Assembly (NCBI RefSeq): GCF_009834535.1
Contig: NC_045696.1
Location: 110,734,001 to 110,798,000 of the forward strand
Reading direction: 5' to 3'
DNA from: Camelus ferus
Taxonomy: Eukaryota
DNA: 64,000 bases
The stretch's first letter is position 1; each line of letters begins with the position of its first letter. The position numbers were made by a program, and so were the translations under genes. The notes under the pieces are model-generated. The model searched no databases, was not told where the DNA came from, and saw only the letters and a list, made by a program, of their open reading frames with translations. Of this stretch, positions 1 through 14,349 are shown one piece after another.

Positions 1-935
1 AGACTGGTAGTCATATAGGCTCAAACACATCTTAATAAGAATGAAAAAAGGAAGAAAAACATTTATATTTTCTTGCTACCCTCTCCCACCTTTAATGATT
101 TTGATGTCCCCTTTAAGTCTTTATGTTTATTCTATTTCAACTCATTGTAGTTATCACATTTCAAATAATAGTTTTCTCCTTTCTATAGCTTCCTGCTTCT
201 TTTCTGTTTAGAGTAGACTTTTCAATACTTCTTTTAGATTAGGTTTAGTATTGCTGAATTCTTTTAGTTTTTGCTTGTCTGTGAAATTCTTTATCTCTCC
301 TTCTATTCTAAATGATAGTTGCTGGATAGAGTATCGTAGGCTGCAGCTTTTTCTCATTCAGGACTTTGAATATATCTTGCCAGTCCCCTCTGGCCAACAG
401 TGTCTAGAGAAATCAGCTGAAAGCCTTGTGGGAGTTCCCTTGTAACTAACTCCTTGTTTTTCTCTTACCACCTTCAGAATCATTTCTTTATTTTTAACTT
501 TGGCCATATTAATTATAATATATTTTGGTGTAGGTCTGTTTGAGTTCTTGTTTGGGACCCTCTGTCCTTCCTGTACTTGGATATATGTTTCCTTCTTTAG
601 GTTTTAAAGGTTTTCAGTCATGATTTCTTTAAATACCTTTTCAATTCTCTTTTCTCTTTCTTCTTCTGGGATTCCTGCTATGCATAGATTGGCATTCTTA
701 ATATTATCCTATAGGTCCTTTATATTGCTTTCATTAGTTTTACTTGCTTTTCTATCTGCTATCCTGATTGGGTGATTTCTGTTATCCTATCATCTAAGTC
801 ACTTATTCGTTTTTCTGCATTATTTAGTCTGCATCTGACTGCCTTTAGCTTGGCTCCTATCTCAACCACTAAGTTTTCTGATTTTAATTGGCTCCTCTTT
901 ATAGTTTCTATTTCCTTTTTATAGTATTCACAATA
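1..935 (-). mobile_element. LINE-1 ORF1-like fragment, degenerate
   Basis: Minus-strand translation has coiled-coil RLNNAEKRISDLDDRITEITQS typical of L1 ORF1p; contains stops; boundaries approximate. Confidence 0.8.
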
Positions 936-2011
936 TGTGAAATAACTACAAAACATGTGTAGTAGGGAGCTCATCAATGATTGCAGTCCTGCCTTCCACC
1001 CCTGGGGAATTGATCTGATACCAAACCAAATAGCCTTCAGAGTGCTTATTTCACTTCTTTCCCTTGCTGCTTTCTGTTCTCCCTTTCCTCTTTGTGACCC
1101 AGTACATGACATGAACAGAAACTGTCTAGGATCATTAAAGCAAGCTGTTGCAGAAGCTGGGCTGTTGATTCAGCATTTGGCCAAAGAATAGAAGGCTGTT
1201 CAGTGAAAGCCTTGATTTCATTTCTGACAGGCCAGCAAACAATAGCCACACTGGCTTTGCAGATAAAAAGGACAAAGGAAACAAACCAATACCTTTTGCT
1301 GACATTTCTATTTCAATTGCAAAAAAGTGAGGTGTTTTTCTCCCTTTGCCACCCTTTTCTGGCATCAGGAAGTCTTAAAACCAAGAACATAATCCATTTC
1401 TGGGTCAAGGCTGAACAACAAAATCCATAAAAATAAATAAATAAAATAAATAATTGTCTTTTTCTGCACTCTTCACTTCTGACTCTGTTCTGCTCCAGAT
1501 TCTCTTCTCTCCGCACTCCATTCCACATGGTTTTCTGCTCAAGACAATTACTCTCTCTATAACCCAGACTATATAGAGAGGGAAGATTTTTCCTACTTTG
1601 TAACCTTCCTGTTACCATAATCAGTGTTCTGGCTTACAGTTCACAGCTGACAGTGCTGAGAAAAAGGCTTCCTTGAGTAAGTCACAAAGTCCTCTCAAGA
1701 TATAGTCTATTATTTTCTTGCTTATGTTTTGCTGCATATTTCATAAGGCCAGTTTTCTAAAGGAGAGGGAGTTTAAATTTAAAATCAAAGAACAGAAGTC
1801 TCCCTCTGCTTTTGTACCATCTCTGGTAAACCTCCAAGACCCTGGGCAAGAGATTTGCTCTAGAGAATAAGGAGGTTGTCAATTTGCAATTTGGGTAAAA
1901 TGTTTTTGATAATCTCTCATAAAAGAAGGATACAATATCAGCATTATTGTATTGTATAATTTCAGAATTATGCCTGTTCTGAGCCCACTCTGTCCTTACT
2001 GAGTAGAGGGC

Positions 2012-2192
2012 TATGCACAGGGAACTCTATTCAATATCTTGTAGTAACCTATAATGAAAAAGAATATGAAAATGAGTATATGTATGTATATGCATGAGTG
2101 AACTATTATGCTGTACACCAGAAACGGACACATTGTAAGCCAACCATACCTCAAAAAGAAAAAGAAAAAAAAAGTAAAAAAACAAAACAAAA
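2012..2192 (+). mobile_element. L1 3' end fragment with A-rich tail
   Basis: gcacagggaactctattcaatatcttgtag...tgctgtacaccagaaa shared with 8990-9170. Confidence 0.85.
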
Positions 2193-4181
2193 CAGTGAGC
2201 CCTAACTGAAGGGAAAAAAAGAGTAGAAGTCTATTAAACAGTTTGGTTTGGACAGATTTTTTTTTTTTAATGCTTATTCAGTGGGAGTCATCATTGTTTA
2301 GTTTCCTTTACCATGTTTTTCTGTTTCTCCCATGGCTCCTTATTGTCTTTGTTGTCCCCATGCCCCCTCTTAGGAATTTCTGCTGCAGTTTGCCTTCAAT
2401 TGGAAGTTGTTTTTTGTTTATTTGTTTGTTTGTTTTTAAGATTTATCTTATTTAAAAAGGGAAATAGCTTTCCTAAAATGCATGAGATCCAAAGAGAAGA
2501 GGGACTTTTTTGTTGTAAAAATTACCAGTTAGGTAAATTACCATTTACATCACCTGTATTGAGGTTAGAAAACCTTATCTATCTTAAGTATTTTAGAATC
2601 ATATAATCATAGGATGTATTTCTCTTTGGACATTTCTTTAAAATGTTAACAAGTATGCCATGTGTTCACCTCACAAATGATCATTAAAGCAATCTGAAGT
2701 AGGGTGAGGCTGGCATTTCAAGTGTTTTGTTAACAGAGTGATCATGGACTTCATCCTGGCAGGGGTTCTGCTGAAATCAGACAAGAACTTTGAAGATAAA
2801 AATGGTACTGACTGCCCTTCCTCCTTAATGAGTGAAGAACACAGCCATAGTCCACAGTTCACTTGAGACAGAGAGAGAGAGAGAGTTAAGCAAGTTACCC
2901 AGTCTCTTTGTGCCTCAGTTTCCTAATATTAAAATGAATAAAAGGAACACGTATTTCACAGAGTTATTGTGGCAATTTCCATGGACATCTAAAATGTATA
3001 AAAAAGTACCTAGAACAGAGCAAGAGCTCAGTAAATGCTGCTGCAACTACTAGCACTACTAATGAACTTATAATTTGTTTCATTGAGGTACCAGTCACTC
3101 TAAACTGAGGTTCCTAAAAAAGATGACCCTTAGAAAACTGATAACATTTAAAATTTTCTTTGTTTATTAAAAAAAAACAAACTCTAGGATGTTACAAGAA
3201 CCAGAACTAGAAAGCATCAGCTGTTCGTCAATTTTTAGTATCTTAAATGCATACATAAGCATATACATGAAAACTGGATATATGTATACATAGGTATGTG
3301 TGTTTATATACACATGTACATATATGCACACATATAGTTGGTTTTTACACAAATGGGCAAACCACACTCACAGTTCAATATCTTACATTTTTTAAATTAA
3401 CAACATATCTTCAAAGTTGGTCTATATAAGTTGCCTCATTCATTGTGAAGGCTGGAAATTATTCCATTGCATAGATGAATCATAATTCAACTTCTCTCCT
3501 GTTGATGGGTGTCTAGGTTCTTTTCAATCATTTGCTTTTACAAACAAGGCTGGGATGAACATCCTTGGACATACGTCATTTCAAATAATGTGCAAGAATA
3601 TCTCTTGACTTTTTTATTATTCTATTTGGTACAGTTCTTCCTCATTCTGTAGTAAATTGTAACCTTCCTTGCTGTTTAGAATATTCCTATGGTTATTTTA
3701 TTTTGTAATATGTATTTGCAGTATGTTTAACACATGTAACATTTTATTATATATTATGTATGCCAAACATGTAGCAAAAATAAAGTACATAAACACACGG
3801 GTAATGTCTGTAAAGATTTCCTATAAAAAGATTTCCATTTCTGGTGTTGATTCTTTTACTTTTCAACAGTGTGATCTAAGTGTCTTGTCCCTTTAATGTT
3901 GGTAGACTCTGGTCATGTTTTATCCTAGATCTCCAGGCTATCTTAGAGTGGGACTCATCTGCTATATTGCTTGATCATTTCCCAGTAGTATTTCATTGTA
4001 TAGATGTACCACAATTTGTCCTTTTAGTTGATGGACATTGGGATTTTTTCTAGTTTTTGGTGATTGTGAATAATGCCGCTACGAACATTGATGTACAAAA
4101 GTTTGGTTGGGTATCTTTTTATTTTTCTTGAGGAGATACCTGAATGTGGAATTGTTCAGTTGTATGGTAAAGTGCCAAAGG

Positions 4182-4465
4182 TTTTTTTTTTTTTTTTTTT
4201 TTTGATTGAAGAATAGTTGGTTTACAATGTTGTATTAGTTTCTGGTGTACAGTGATATATCTTTTTCATTATAGGTTGTTACAAGATATGGAATATAGTT
4301 CCCTGTGCTGTACCATAGGACCTTGTTGTTTATCTGTTTTATAAATAGTAGTTTGTATCTGCTAATCCCAAACTTCTGATTTACCCCTCCACTCCCTTCC
4401 CCTTTGGTAACCATAGGTTTGTTTCCTATGTCTGGGAGTCTGTTTTTGTTTTGTAAATAAGTTCA
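4182..4465 (-). mobile_element. L1 3' end fragment
   Basis: Poly-T followed by the reverse complement of the same L1 3'UTR. Confidence 0.85.
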
Positions 4466-6889
4466 TTTTACAGATGAAGAAATTGAGACATGGAGAAGTT
4501 AAATAACTTGCCCAGGATGATATGGCTATAAGTGGCACAGCTGGTATTTGAATCCACACAGTTTGACTCCATTACCCTATTCTCTTCTGTTCTCCGTGTT
4601 TGGCCCAGTGTTGGGCTTTACCCCACAGGCCTGCAAGCCTTATAGTTGCCCAGCCTCGAGACCAAAAAGGAGCCCAGAGAAAGCAACAGAGAATCAATGG
4701 TTATTGGACAGGGGCACTTACATGTCTGAAGCAGGGTCTGTAAGTCAGTACTGCACTCCCCATGTCAAATAATAATCTTTTTTTCAGCTAAGAGTCCCTT
4801 TCAAAAATACGACAGAAACTAGGGACCTTATTTCAGGCTAAGAACAGGCACTTAACATGTTTGTAAGATTAAGTTAAACTGTGAACATAGTGTTACGTCT
4901 GCTTTATTCCCCTCATTGAATGGCTTGACTACCTTTGTTAACTTTGGCAGGCACAGTTACAAACCAATTGGTAGAAAAACAAACTCAGGATTTTCTGTTT
5001 AGGGGAAAAAAAGACCTGTTGCATTATTGTACCTAATTTCTCTTCCTCCCAATGTTTTACTAAAATAATGGAAAAGATGTTAAAAATACGAATTAAATCA
5101 TAACATTCAGACAGCAAAATCAGAAATTTTGAGAAATTCTTCAAAGGTAAGCAGATGTGATCAAACCGATGGAGATGTCAAAACAGGAAAATTGCAGTCA
5201 GATCCACCAGAGATGAACAAGGTTTTTCCAAGGGAGCCACAGAGATGACTGAAGCTTTGTTCAACACACAGAGCATCAAGGAGTATGGAGTACTTGTCAG
5301 GGCAACTAATTAAAGAAATGCAAACCTGTCAGCTGCTTATCCGACTTCTTTCTTCCATATACACAGAGTGACTGCCTCCAAGATAAAGCCTTGGGGGTAG
5401 TTCTGCATAAAGCAAACGTTGAGGTAACTCAGGGCTTACAACACAGACAAGGAGGGAAAGTTTTTAAAAGTTAAGGTCATTCCACCCAGGAGATATATAC
5501 ACAGAAACAAGCCAGGCAAGAATGAAGTATTTTTATTTTATTTTATTTTATTTTTTTGGGGGGGGGGTCTTTTTATTTTTTGATATGTCCCTAGCTGTCA
5601 TACCACTTCCCTACCCACAAATATTACTGGGCTCCTGACGCTATAACTCCCACCCATTTACAAAGTGTCATGTCAGCCGTTCCCATTCAAGTGAGAACAT
5701 ACACTCCTGATGATGGTTATGTACCTTCTATCCACAGATAACTACTATACGCTCTGGGCAAAATGTAAAATACAACTAATTAAAGGTAGTTGGGAGCGAT
5801 CAAAAGTAGGCAGATATTGGAAGGGAGCAGCCTTTGGAAAAAGAGAAAAGTGCTCGATGAGTTTTATTTTTTATGGCATTTAGCCTGAGAGCAGGCTGAA
5901 GTCCATGCCATGCAGGGGCAGAGGGTGGGGATGAATGGCTAAAGTGTGGGAAAGAAAAAAAATCCATAATCTTATTGGCTTAAAGTACCAGAGGACACAA
6001 TTTGGGGGCATCCATAGCCTCTGAAAAGTGAGAAAGAACCCCCCCCCCCACCACCAATTGAAAGCCAGAGAGGAAAACTCCAAACTGTATGTACCAACTC
6101 TGCCCAAACTCTGTAGCTGACCCCCAGATCTTGAACTAACTATACACAGGGAAGACTCCAAGAAGCCTAACTTAGCCTAAAAGAATTGAACTGAGATTTG
6201 AGTTGTTATATATTGCAGGGCAAATAGTTTGCAGCTTGAATTCAGCCAATTTAACTGACTGCTTAAAAAATACCAAAACCTTTCTGAAGGAATATAATAG
6301 AATCCAGAGCTTCTGTAAATATCATTCACAATATTTAAGACACAATCCAAAATTAATCTATATACAAAGAAACAGGAAAACATAACTTAGGAGAAAAAAC
6401 AATCAGTTAAGACTGATTGTGAGAAGACCAAGATTTGCAATTAGTTAAAGAGGGTTTTAAAGCAATTATTGAAAATATTTGTTGAGAAACAGATGTACAT
6501 GACTAAAAGGGAAACCAACACCAGCCATTCCTACTAATCCATGAAGTTCTTCATTCATGGATTATGATTCACAAGAATTTGAGGAAGACCCATAACATGA
6601 AAGAGAAGGTCCAAATTCAAAGAACTGAGCCCAGAGGAAGCACAGATAATTTAGAGAGCAGAGGAGAACTTGAGAAAATTCTAAGTAGCGTTCTTAAAGA
6701 TATTCAAGAATAGATGGCATTCCTAAAATAAAAAGTGGCCACTATGAAAAAGGAAAAATCAATGAATAGAAAGAATTCTTGGAAATAAAGAACAAATAAT
6801 AGTTTCTGAAGACCAAGATGGTTGATGTTCTGGAAAATGAAATTTCCTAGAATATATAGAAATAAGATAAAAAAGCTGGAAAAATATGA

Positions 6890-9208
6890 TCTCCAGAAGA
6901 TGGGCATGGAAGGAACATACCTCAGCATAATAAAGGCCATATATGACAAACCCACAGCTAGCATCATACTTAATGGTGAAAAGCTGAAAGTATTTCCTCT
7001 AAGATCAGGAACAAGACAAGGATGCCCACTCTCACCACTTTTATTCAACATAGTTTTGGAAGTTCTGGCTACAGCAATTAGAGAAGAAAATGAAGTAAAA
7101 GGAATCCAAACTGGAAAATAAGTAGTAAAACTGTTACTGTTTGCAGATGACATGATACTATAGATAGAATTTTAAAGAAGGTACTAGAAAACTACTCAAG
7201 CTCATCAATGAATTTAGTTAAGTTGCAGGATACAAAATTAATATACAGAAATCAGTTGCATTCTATACATTAACAATGACATATCAGAAAAAGAAATTAA
7301 GGAAACAATCCCATTTACCATCACATCAGAAAGAATAAAATACTAAAGAATAAACCTACCTAAGGAGGCAAAGGACCTGTACTCTGGAAACTATAAGACA
7401 TTGATGAAAGGAATTAAAGATGACACAAACAGATGGAAAGATACACCATGTTCTTGGATGGGAAGAGTAAATATTATTAAAATGACCATACTACCCAAGA
7501 CAATATACAGATTCAATGCAATCCCTATCAAATCACCAATGACATTTTTCACAGAGCTAGAACAATAAATTTTAAAAATTTGTATTAAAATTCAAAAGAC
7601 CCTGAATAGCCAAAACAATCTTGAGGGAAAAAAGAACAGAGCTGGGGGAATCATGCTCCCTGATTTCAGACTATACTACAAAGCTAAAGTAATCAAACCA
7701 GTATGGTACTGGCACAAAAACAGACACATAGGCCAATGGAACAGGATAGAAAGTCCAGAAATAAATCCATGCACTTATGGTCAATTAATCTACAAGAAAG
7801 GAGACAAGAATATACAATAGAGAAAAGACAGTCTCTTCAATAAGTGGTGCTGGGTAAAACTGGAGAGCTACCTGTAAAAGACTGAAATTAGAACATTCTC
7901 TAACACTGTATACAAAAATAAACTCAAAATGGATTAAAGATGTAAATGTAAGACCAGATACTATAAAACTCCTAGAGGAAAACAGAGGCAGAACAGTCTG
8001 ACATAAATTGCTGCAATATTTTTTTCAAACCAGCTCCAGCATAATGGAAATTAAAGCAAAAATAAACAAATGGGACCTAATTAAACTTAAGAGCTTTTGC
8101 ACAGCTAAGGATATATCAACAAAACAAAAAGACAACATACTGAATGGAAGAAAAACATTTGCAAATGATGAGACTCACAAGGAATAATTTCCAAAATATA
8201 AAAACAGCTCATGCAGCTTAATATTAAAAAAAAAAAAAGCAACCCAGTCAAAAAATTGGCAGAAGACCTAGATAGTCATTTCTCCAAAGAAGACATCCAG
8301 ATGGCCAACAGGCACATGAAAAGATGCTCAATTTCGCTAGTTATCAGAGAAATGCAGATCAAAACTAAAATGAGGTATCACTTCATGCCAGTCAGAATGG
8401 CCATCATGAACAACTCTACAAACAATGAATGCTGGAGAGGTTGCAGAGAAACAGGAACACTCGTACACTGTTGGTGAGAATCTAATTTCATGCAGCCACT
8501 ATGGAGAACACGATGGAGATTCCTTGAAAAACTAGAAATAGACTTAGCATATGATCCAACAATCCCACTCCTGGAGAAAACTAATTTGAAAAGATCCATG
8601 CATCCCAGTGTTCACAGCAGCACTATTTACAATAGCCAAGACATGGAAACAACTTAAACATCCATTGACAGATGAGTGGATAAATAAGATGTGGTATATA
8701 TACATAATGGAATATTACTTAGCCATAAAAAGAATGAAATAATGCCATTTGCAGCAAAATGGATGGACCTAGAGATTACCATACTACGTGAAGTAAGACA
8801 GACAGAGAAAGGCAAATATAATATCATCTTGCTTATATGTGGAATCTAAAACAAAAAAGATACAAATTTTATTTACAAACCCAGAAATAGAATCACAGAC
8901 AGAAAATAAACTGACTACTGGGGGGAAAGGGGGTGGGGGAAGGATAGACTAGGAGTTTGTAATGAACAGATATACATTATTATGTATAAAATAGGTAAAC
9001 AACAAGGACCTACTATATAGCACAGGGAACTATATTCAATTTCTTGTGATGAGCCATAATGGAACAGAAACTGAAAAAAAAAAATGTATGTATCTATATG
9101 TATAACTGAATTGCTTTGCCGTATACCTGAAACTAACATTGTAAATCAACTACACTTCAATTAAAAAAAAAGAATTAAAAACAAACAAACAAACAACAAA
9201 AAACCCCC
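6890..9208 (+). mobile_element. 5'-truncated LINE-1 (ORF2 RT and C-terminal region, 3'UTR, poly-A)
   Basis: [21 protein letters not shown] and LFADDMI motifs, frameshifted; degenerate TSD at 6871-6889 and 9209-9226. Confidence 0.95.
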
Positions 9209-10088
9209 AAAAGTTGGAAAATATGAGAGAAAAGCTGAGGCATGGAACATAGATCCAGGAAATTCAAGTTCCACACACAATTTCCTTGATTATCAGACTT
9301 CTTGTCAGCAGCCCTGTATGGCAGAAGACAACAGAGTAACGCATTCAGATTCTGAGGGAAACGATTTTCAACCTGAAGGCTTATACCCAGCTGAATGGTA
9401 GGTAAGTGGGAGGGGCGTAATACAGACATAGAATCAGAAAGCGTAGAGTCCATAAATCCCTTTTTTTTTTTTAAAGAAAAAAACAAACTTCAAGAAAAGG
9501 AAAAAAAGAATGCAAGAAAGAGGACATCATGGGTTTTAAGAGCAGTGAAACGTGAACATTTCAGAAATAAAGGTATAAATATAGTTTATAAAATTCACGC
9601 AAATCACTAGGAGAACTAAAACCACATATTGTTGACAACATTGCCTCTGATGATTGGAAGTGGGTAGGAAGACCTTTTACTTTGTATTTTATGCTCCTCT
9701 TTATTATCTGCATTTAGTTTTGATTTAAATTATTTGTAATAAAAATTAACTAAAACTTTGAAAAGGCACCCCCGCCCCTGCAACATAGCAATACTTATTT
9801 GCTAGAAGTGTGGTCAAATTCCTTCTTAAGACATTTAATAACAGAAAGAAGTTCATTTCGTTTAGGATAATTTTGGAACAGTCCTGGGCTGCTACTGTTA
9901 AGACAGGTTTACAAATAAAACATTTCAGAAAAATGTTTTATCAATCCGGCACACATACACAAATAATAAAATGAAGACATAATAAACCAACTTCCATTTC
10001 ATCACAATAACCTGAAAGTGGATTTTGCAAATTATAACAATGAATACACTTTCTCTGTTTCAATAAGTCGTCGTCTACTGGTCCAAAG

Positions 10089-10420
10089 CAGAGCTGTCCA
10101 GTGTGGCAGCCACCAGCCACTTAACGGCTTTTGAGACTTGGCATGTGCCTAATTTGAAATGAGATGTGCCGTAAGGGTAAAATACACATCAGATTTCAAA
10201 TGCTTAGTATGAAAAACTGTAAATATTTCATATGTAATTTTAAAAATATTAATTATATGTTGAAGTGGTATTTTTAGATGCACCAAGTTAAATAATTTTT
10301 ATTATTAGAATTAGTTTTATTCTTTATTTTAGATTTTTAAAATGTGGCTATTAGAAAATTTAAAATCCCGTATGTGGCTCTCATTCGTGGCTTGCATTAT
10401 ATTTCTACTGGGCATCCCTG
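10089..10420. mobile_element. hAT-Charlie MITE (MER33-like)
   Basis: Ends cagagctgtcca...tgggcatccctg; 8-bp TSD gtccaaag/gtctaaag. Confidence 0.8.
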
Positions 10421-12824
10421 GTCTAAAGCACCAAAATACAGCACATGCTCATTACTGTTCAAGTGGATTTTCTATAGATTTTTTTTAAAATTGAAATTGA
10501 TGTTATTATTTCTCTCTCTCTCTCTCTTTTTTTTTTTTTTTCTATAGAGTTTTGAAAGAGAAAACTAACAATTTGGCTTTCGCTTACCAGGAAACCCCAC
10601 CTGGTTATGAAGAAAGAATCACTTGCTAACATTATTAGAACAGGACAGAAAGAGGACAGGAAGTTGGAAGAGTAGGGAACATGAGTGAATTCAGGGAGAA
10701 AGAAATGCCAGTTCTAATATAGGAAAGGTTTGTTGGTTGAATGGCTTCCGGTACAATGTTTGCCTCTAATGCTTGTACTCTTCTAACACCATAAACTATT
10801 CTTTCATAATCACACTGTCTTAATACCTTCTTTATGTAATGCCATTCTAGCTGGGAACATTCCACCTACAGCTCTTCTTTAGAACTTTCCTACATCTGAC
10901 ATTTTTTTCCCTACGTGGATATGGGAATTACTGCATATTGTAATCCTGTTCTGAGTCCTCTACAGTAGTTCAAGTGTGGGGAATACACTTCAGAGCAGAG
11001 GTTACCTCAACCCCAGCAGTTACCTTTCAAACAATATTCATCATCATGTTAACTGAGCTCTGACCCATCTGAAGAAGTTATTTTTTACCAGTAGAGAGAA
11101 TTTACAAACTTTCCTGTTAAAGTTGGGATGATTAGCTTATTTCCTGAGAAATGTTACGGTACCTTTGTATTCTCTGCTTCATCACTAAGATTATTTGTCA
11201 CTTGTGCTTTTTCATTCTGCCATGAAGTATGAAAGACAATCAGAGAATTTATCAACAGAGTGGCTCTGTGGAAGGTGAAAGAAACAACGAAATCTTTACC
11301 ATCATCAAAAGAGATGATAGAAGGAAGAGAAATGGGGAATGCTGAAAAATCCCTCAGAACCAGTAGAAAGTGGCAGTCCTTTTAGCCACTAACAGTATTA
11401 AAAGATGATATGAGGAAAAGATTGTGCGAGCTTTGACTTCTACATTCTACCAACCCTGTATAAGGTCACTGTTGGGACCAAACACTTTAATAATCACATT
11501 AGGGATGGACAACTTAGCATCGGGGCCAGTGATTAGAAAATATTAGTTCTTTCCTCAATGTTTGTTGAGTGAGTGAGGGAATCCATAACCCGTGGTTCTG
11601 TTTATACTTCTGTTTTCAAGTCTCATCACTTATTAGCATAAGATACTGGGGCTTCATTATTGATATAACTGGCTACTCTGTGGAGACAGTAATTTGTCCT
11701 TTGTTCTTGCTGCTATAATTGTTTTTCCTTTTCCCACGCTGAGAATGCAGCCAGATCTTGTGTTTCTTTGCCTTCCTGCCTTTTGTACTGCAGCAGGAAG
11801 CAGCAATTACCAGTTAAGAGAAGGTTCCTTCTCAGGCTTTTGTTTGCAATAACCAGGTTGGCTCAGTGAGAATTATGTAGAGAGTGAGAGTGATAGAGGT
11901 AAATGCTTGGAGTTTAACAGGTTGACGCTGTAGGATCCAAGTGGGGAGAAATGTTGCTGAGATTAAGAGATGGAGTGGTTCTGGGGCACTTTCTGTCCCA
12001 TCAGGTACATTCTGGGACCTCCAGTAGTACCTGAGGAGGTGAAGAACCCTACCAATGAATGAGATTGAATCTCTTACCAGCTGGATGGTTGGAGGCTCAG
12101 CACAGAATAAAATTGTTTAGAATAATTTTCAGGCTTAGTACAGTGGAACCATTGATGAAAGTACTTGCCTGGGCAGTGACCAATCCACAGCACGAAATGA
12201 AAAAAATCTGTTTAAGGAGCATGAGAACTATAAGTGACTTTTATGTTCATCTGGTCCAGACCCTTCATTTGTAGATTATGAAACCAACATTTAAGATTTA
12301 AAAGAACTTATTCCAAGTTGTTGGTCTAAAGCCTGTGCAGAGTTGAAACCGTGGGTCCATCATCCTTCAGGGTGTTTTTCTTTTAACCTCACCATTTGAG
12401 AATTTCAGATCTATTTGTAGCAATTAAAATACATTATTATTTCATCATGATCATGAATAGTCCTTATCAAAGTAAAATCTCTTACTTTTGAAATGAAGTA
12501 GGGAAATCAAACCTATAAAAATATCCAGCTCTAACAGTGGAGGTTTCAAAAAAGAATCATGGCTATGTGGATTTTCTAGTTATTTCTCATTATACAAATT
12601 GAGGGGGAAATGACCTGAGCTACTTTATCAGCAGCCGAAGTAGTTCATTTTACAGTTTCTGAGAATGAAATACCTCTTCCTAAGGCACTTTCCATGTAGG
12701 TATGTGTACACAAGCATGTGAATAGACAGAAACACACAGACACCTGTTAGCTATCAAACACTGAGTGGGACTTTCCAGGAGTGGTCATGTTTGCATTAAA
12801 CCTACTTAAGAGCTGAAGAAACGA

Positions 12825-12830
12825 TTTATT
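12825..12830 (-). terminator. Candidate poly(A) signal for the TM isoform
   Basis: AATAAA about 470 nt downstream of the exon 11 stop. Confidence 0.5.
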
Positions 12831-13301
12831 TATACCTTCTGATTGGGTCCCATTTCTTAAGAATCATCTTACATAATACTCCTTGTCTAATTTCCTCCTT
12901 TATCCAGTCTTCTTTAATCTGTGTCTTCGTCACCTCCTTGTAACTTTTTGCTCCTTGCAGGCAAAAGGCTGATTGGAGTTTGCGTGCTTATTTTTATCAT
13001 AAGAAGTCTGTGCCAGACTGTACAGCTATCCTTTGCAGAAGAGCCTCCTTCCAGGCAAGTGAGAAGCCTGCACTGTGGTGAGTTCAACGATGAGGAGACC
13101 TAAGTAAGTAGCCGGGGTGTGCACTCATCAGTCGGTCCGGCAGCGGTCCCTGGGTCACTGTGAGTTCGGACCCTGCCCTAGGTGGCTCAGAAGGCGAAGT
13201 GAGGCCCACGGGGTGAAAACTGTCCGTTGCATGCTGCGTCACTGAGAGATGCTGCTCACAGGAGGCTGGCCTGGTGTGCCTGCCCTTACTCAGCCATCTG
13301 T

Positions 13302-13420
13302 TCAGATGTTCCCATAGGAGTCTCTCTGCCAGCAGGGTCCATGGCGGATGAGGATAAACAGCAGCACCATTAGGGTCCCAGACACCAGGCAAAAGACAAC
13401 GGCTAGGATGATCCTTAGAA
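13302..13420 (-). CDS. ACP3: ACP3 alternative terminal exon 11 (TM-PAP: transmembrane helix and YGNI tail)
   Basis: cttcccgcag|(V)LRIILAVVFCLVSGTLMVLLFILIRHGPCWQRDSYGNI*; phase 1 fits GAAG|GTACC donor in exon 10; total CDS 1254 nt = 417 aa. Confidence 0.94.
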
Positions 13421-14349
13421 CTGCGGGAAGATCGGAAGAGCATTATTGTCAAATAACAGATTGGGGAAAACTTGGAGATCAGGAAATGAATGGATTATGC
13501 AAATATAAAGATCACACATCAGTGTTGATTTCCTGCCTTAATTTTAAGTTTCAGTGGCACTTCTGAAGCAGCCATGAAATCAGCATAGTGTGGTGAAAAG
13601 AGTGCTGGACTCAGAGTCAGGGGATGACTTAGATTCCAGTTCCAGCATGACCTCGGACCTTTGACCTTTGGTCCTCAGCTCCTCCACTGTAAAGGGACGG
13701 CTGAAGGATTTCTAAGGTCCTCTTCTAGCATCAACTTCGTGCATTTTTCTACAGTTACAATGGTCAATTATTCATGGCGTCAGGGACAAAGGGAATTCTG
13801 AATGCTCAACTGTCATCATTAATTGGGTCTAAAGAAATGGGATATCAACTTTCAGTCTTTGAATTTGATTTTCAGTAATTATCTTTTAGAGAGCACATAT
13901 TGACTATGACAAGCATTTTTTAGGATAATTGTGTACTATTGCTATCCTGTACCTTTATTTATACTGATCAGTCATGGAGCAGACATATGGAGTTGTTTTT
14001 TTATGAGATGCTGTTCATTATCTCACCTGGAAAGTTACCCCCCTCACCATACATACACCCTAGTCCACAACAGTACATACATCAAAAATATCAGTTTGCA
14101 CCATCTCTAAATGTTACGTCTGATTTTCACTGTAAAAATATGGGATTGCTTGCTAGCTTAGGCAGTGGGAGAGCAAACATCTCTCTGATCCTGGTAGCAG
14201 AGCCCTGCTGCTCCATGGAACACAGCCTGACCTTATTATTGTAGAGATGAGAAAAATGAGAGGTGGAGAGATTAGATGAATTGGCTAAGGTTAGGCAGAT
14301 AATTGCATTTGGGTTGGAACACATGGGGTCTTAGCAGTCTCATAATTTT

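Noticed and set aside
2153..2234. Possible L1 3' transduction (20 nt between two A-runs)
   Set aside because: Too short, and the TSD is too degenerate to support it
13084..13452. 122-aa minus-strand ORF over exon 11
   Set aside because: Wrong frame; the real coding frame is the spliced one ending at 13302
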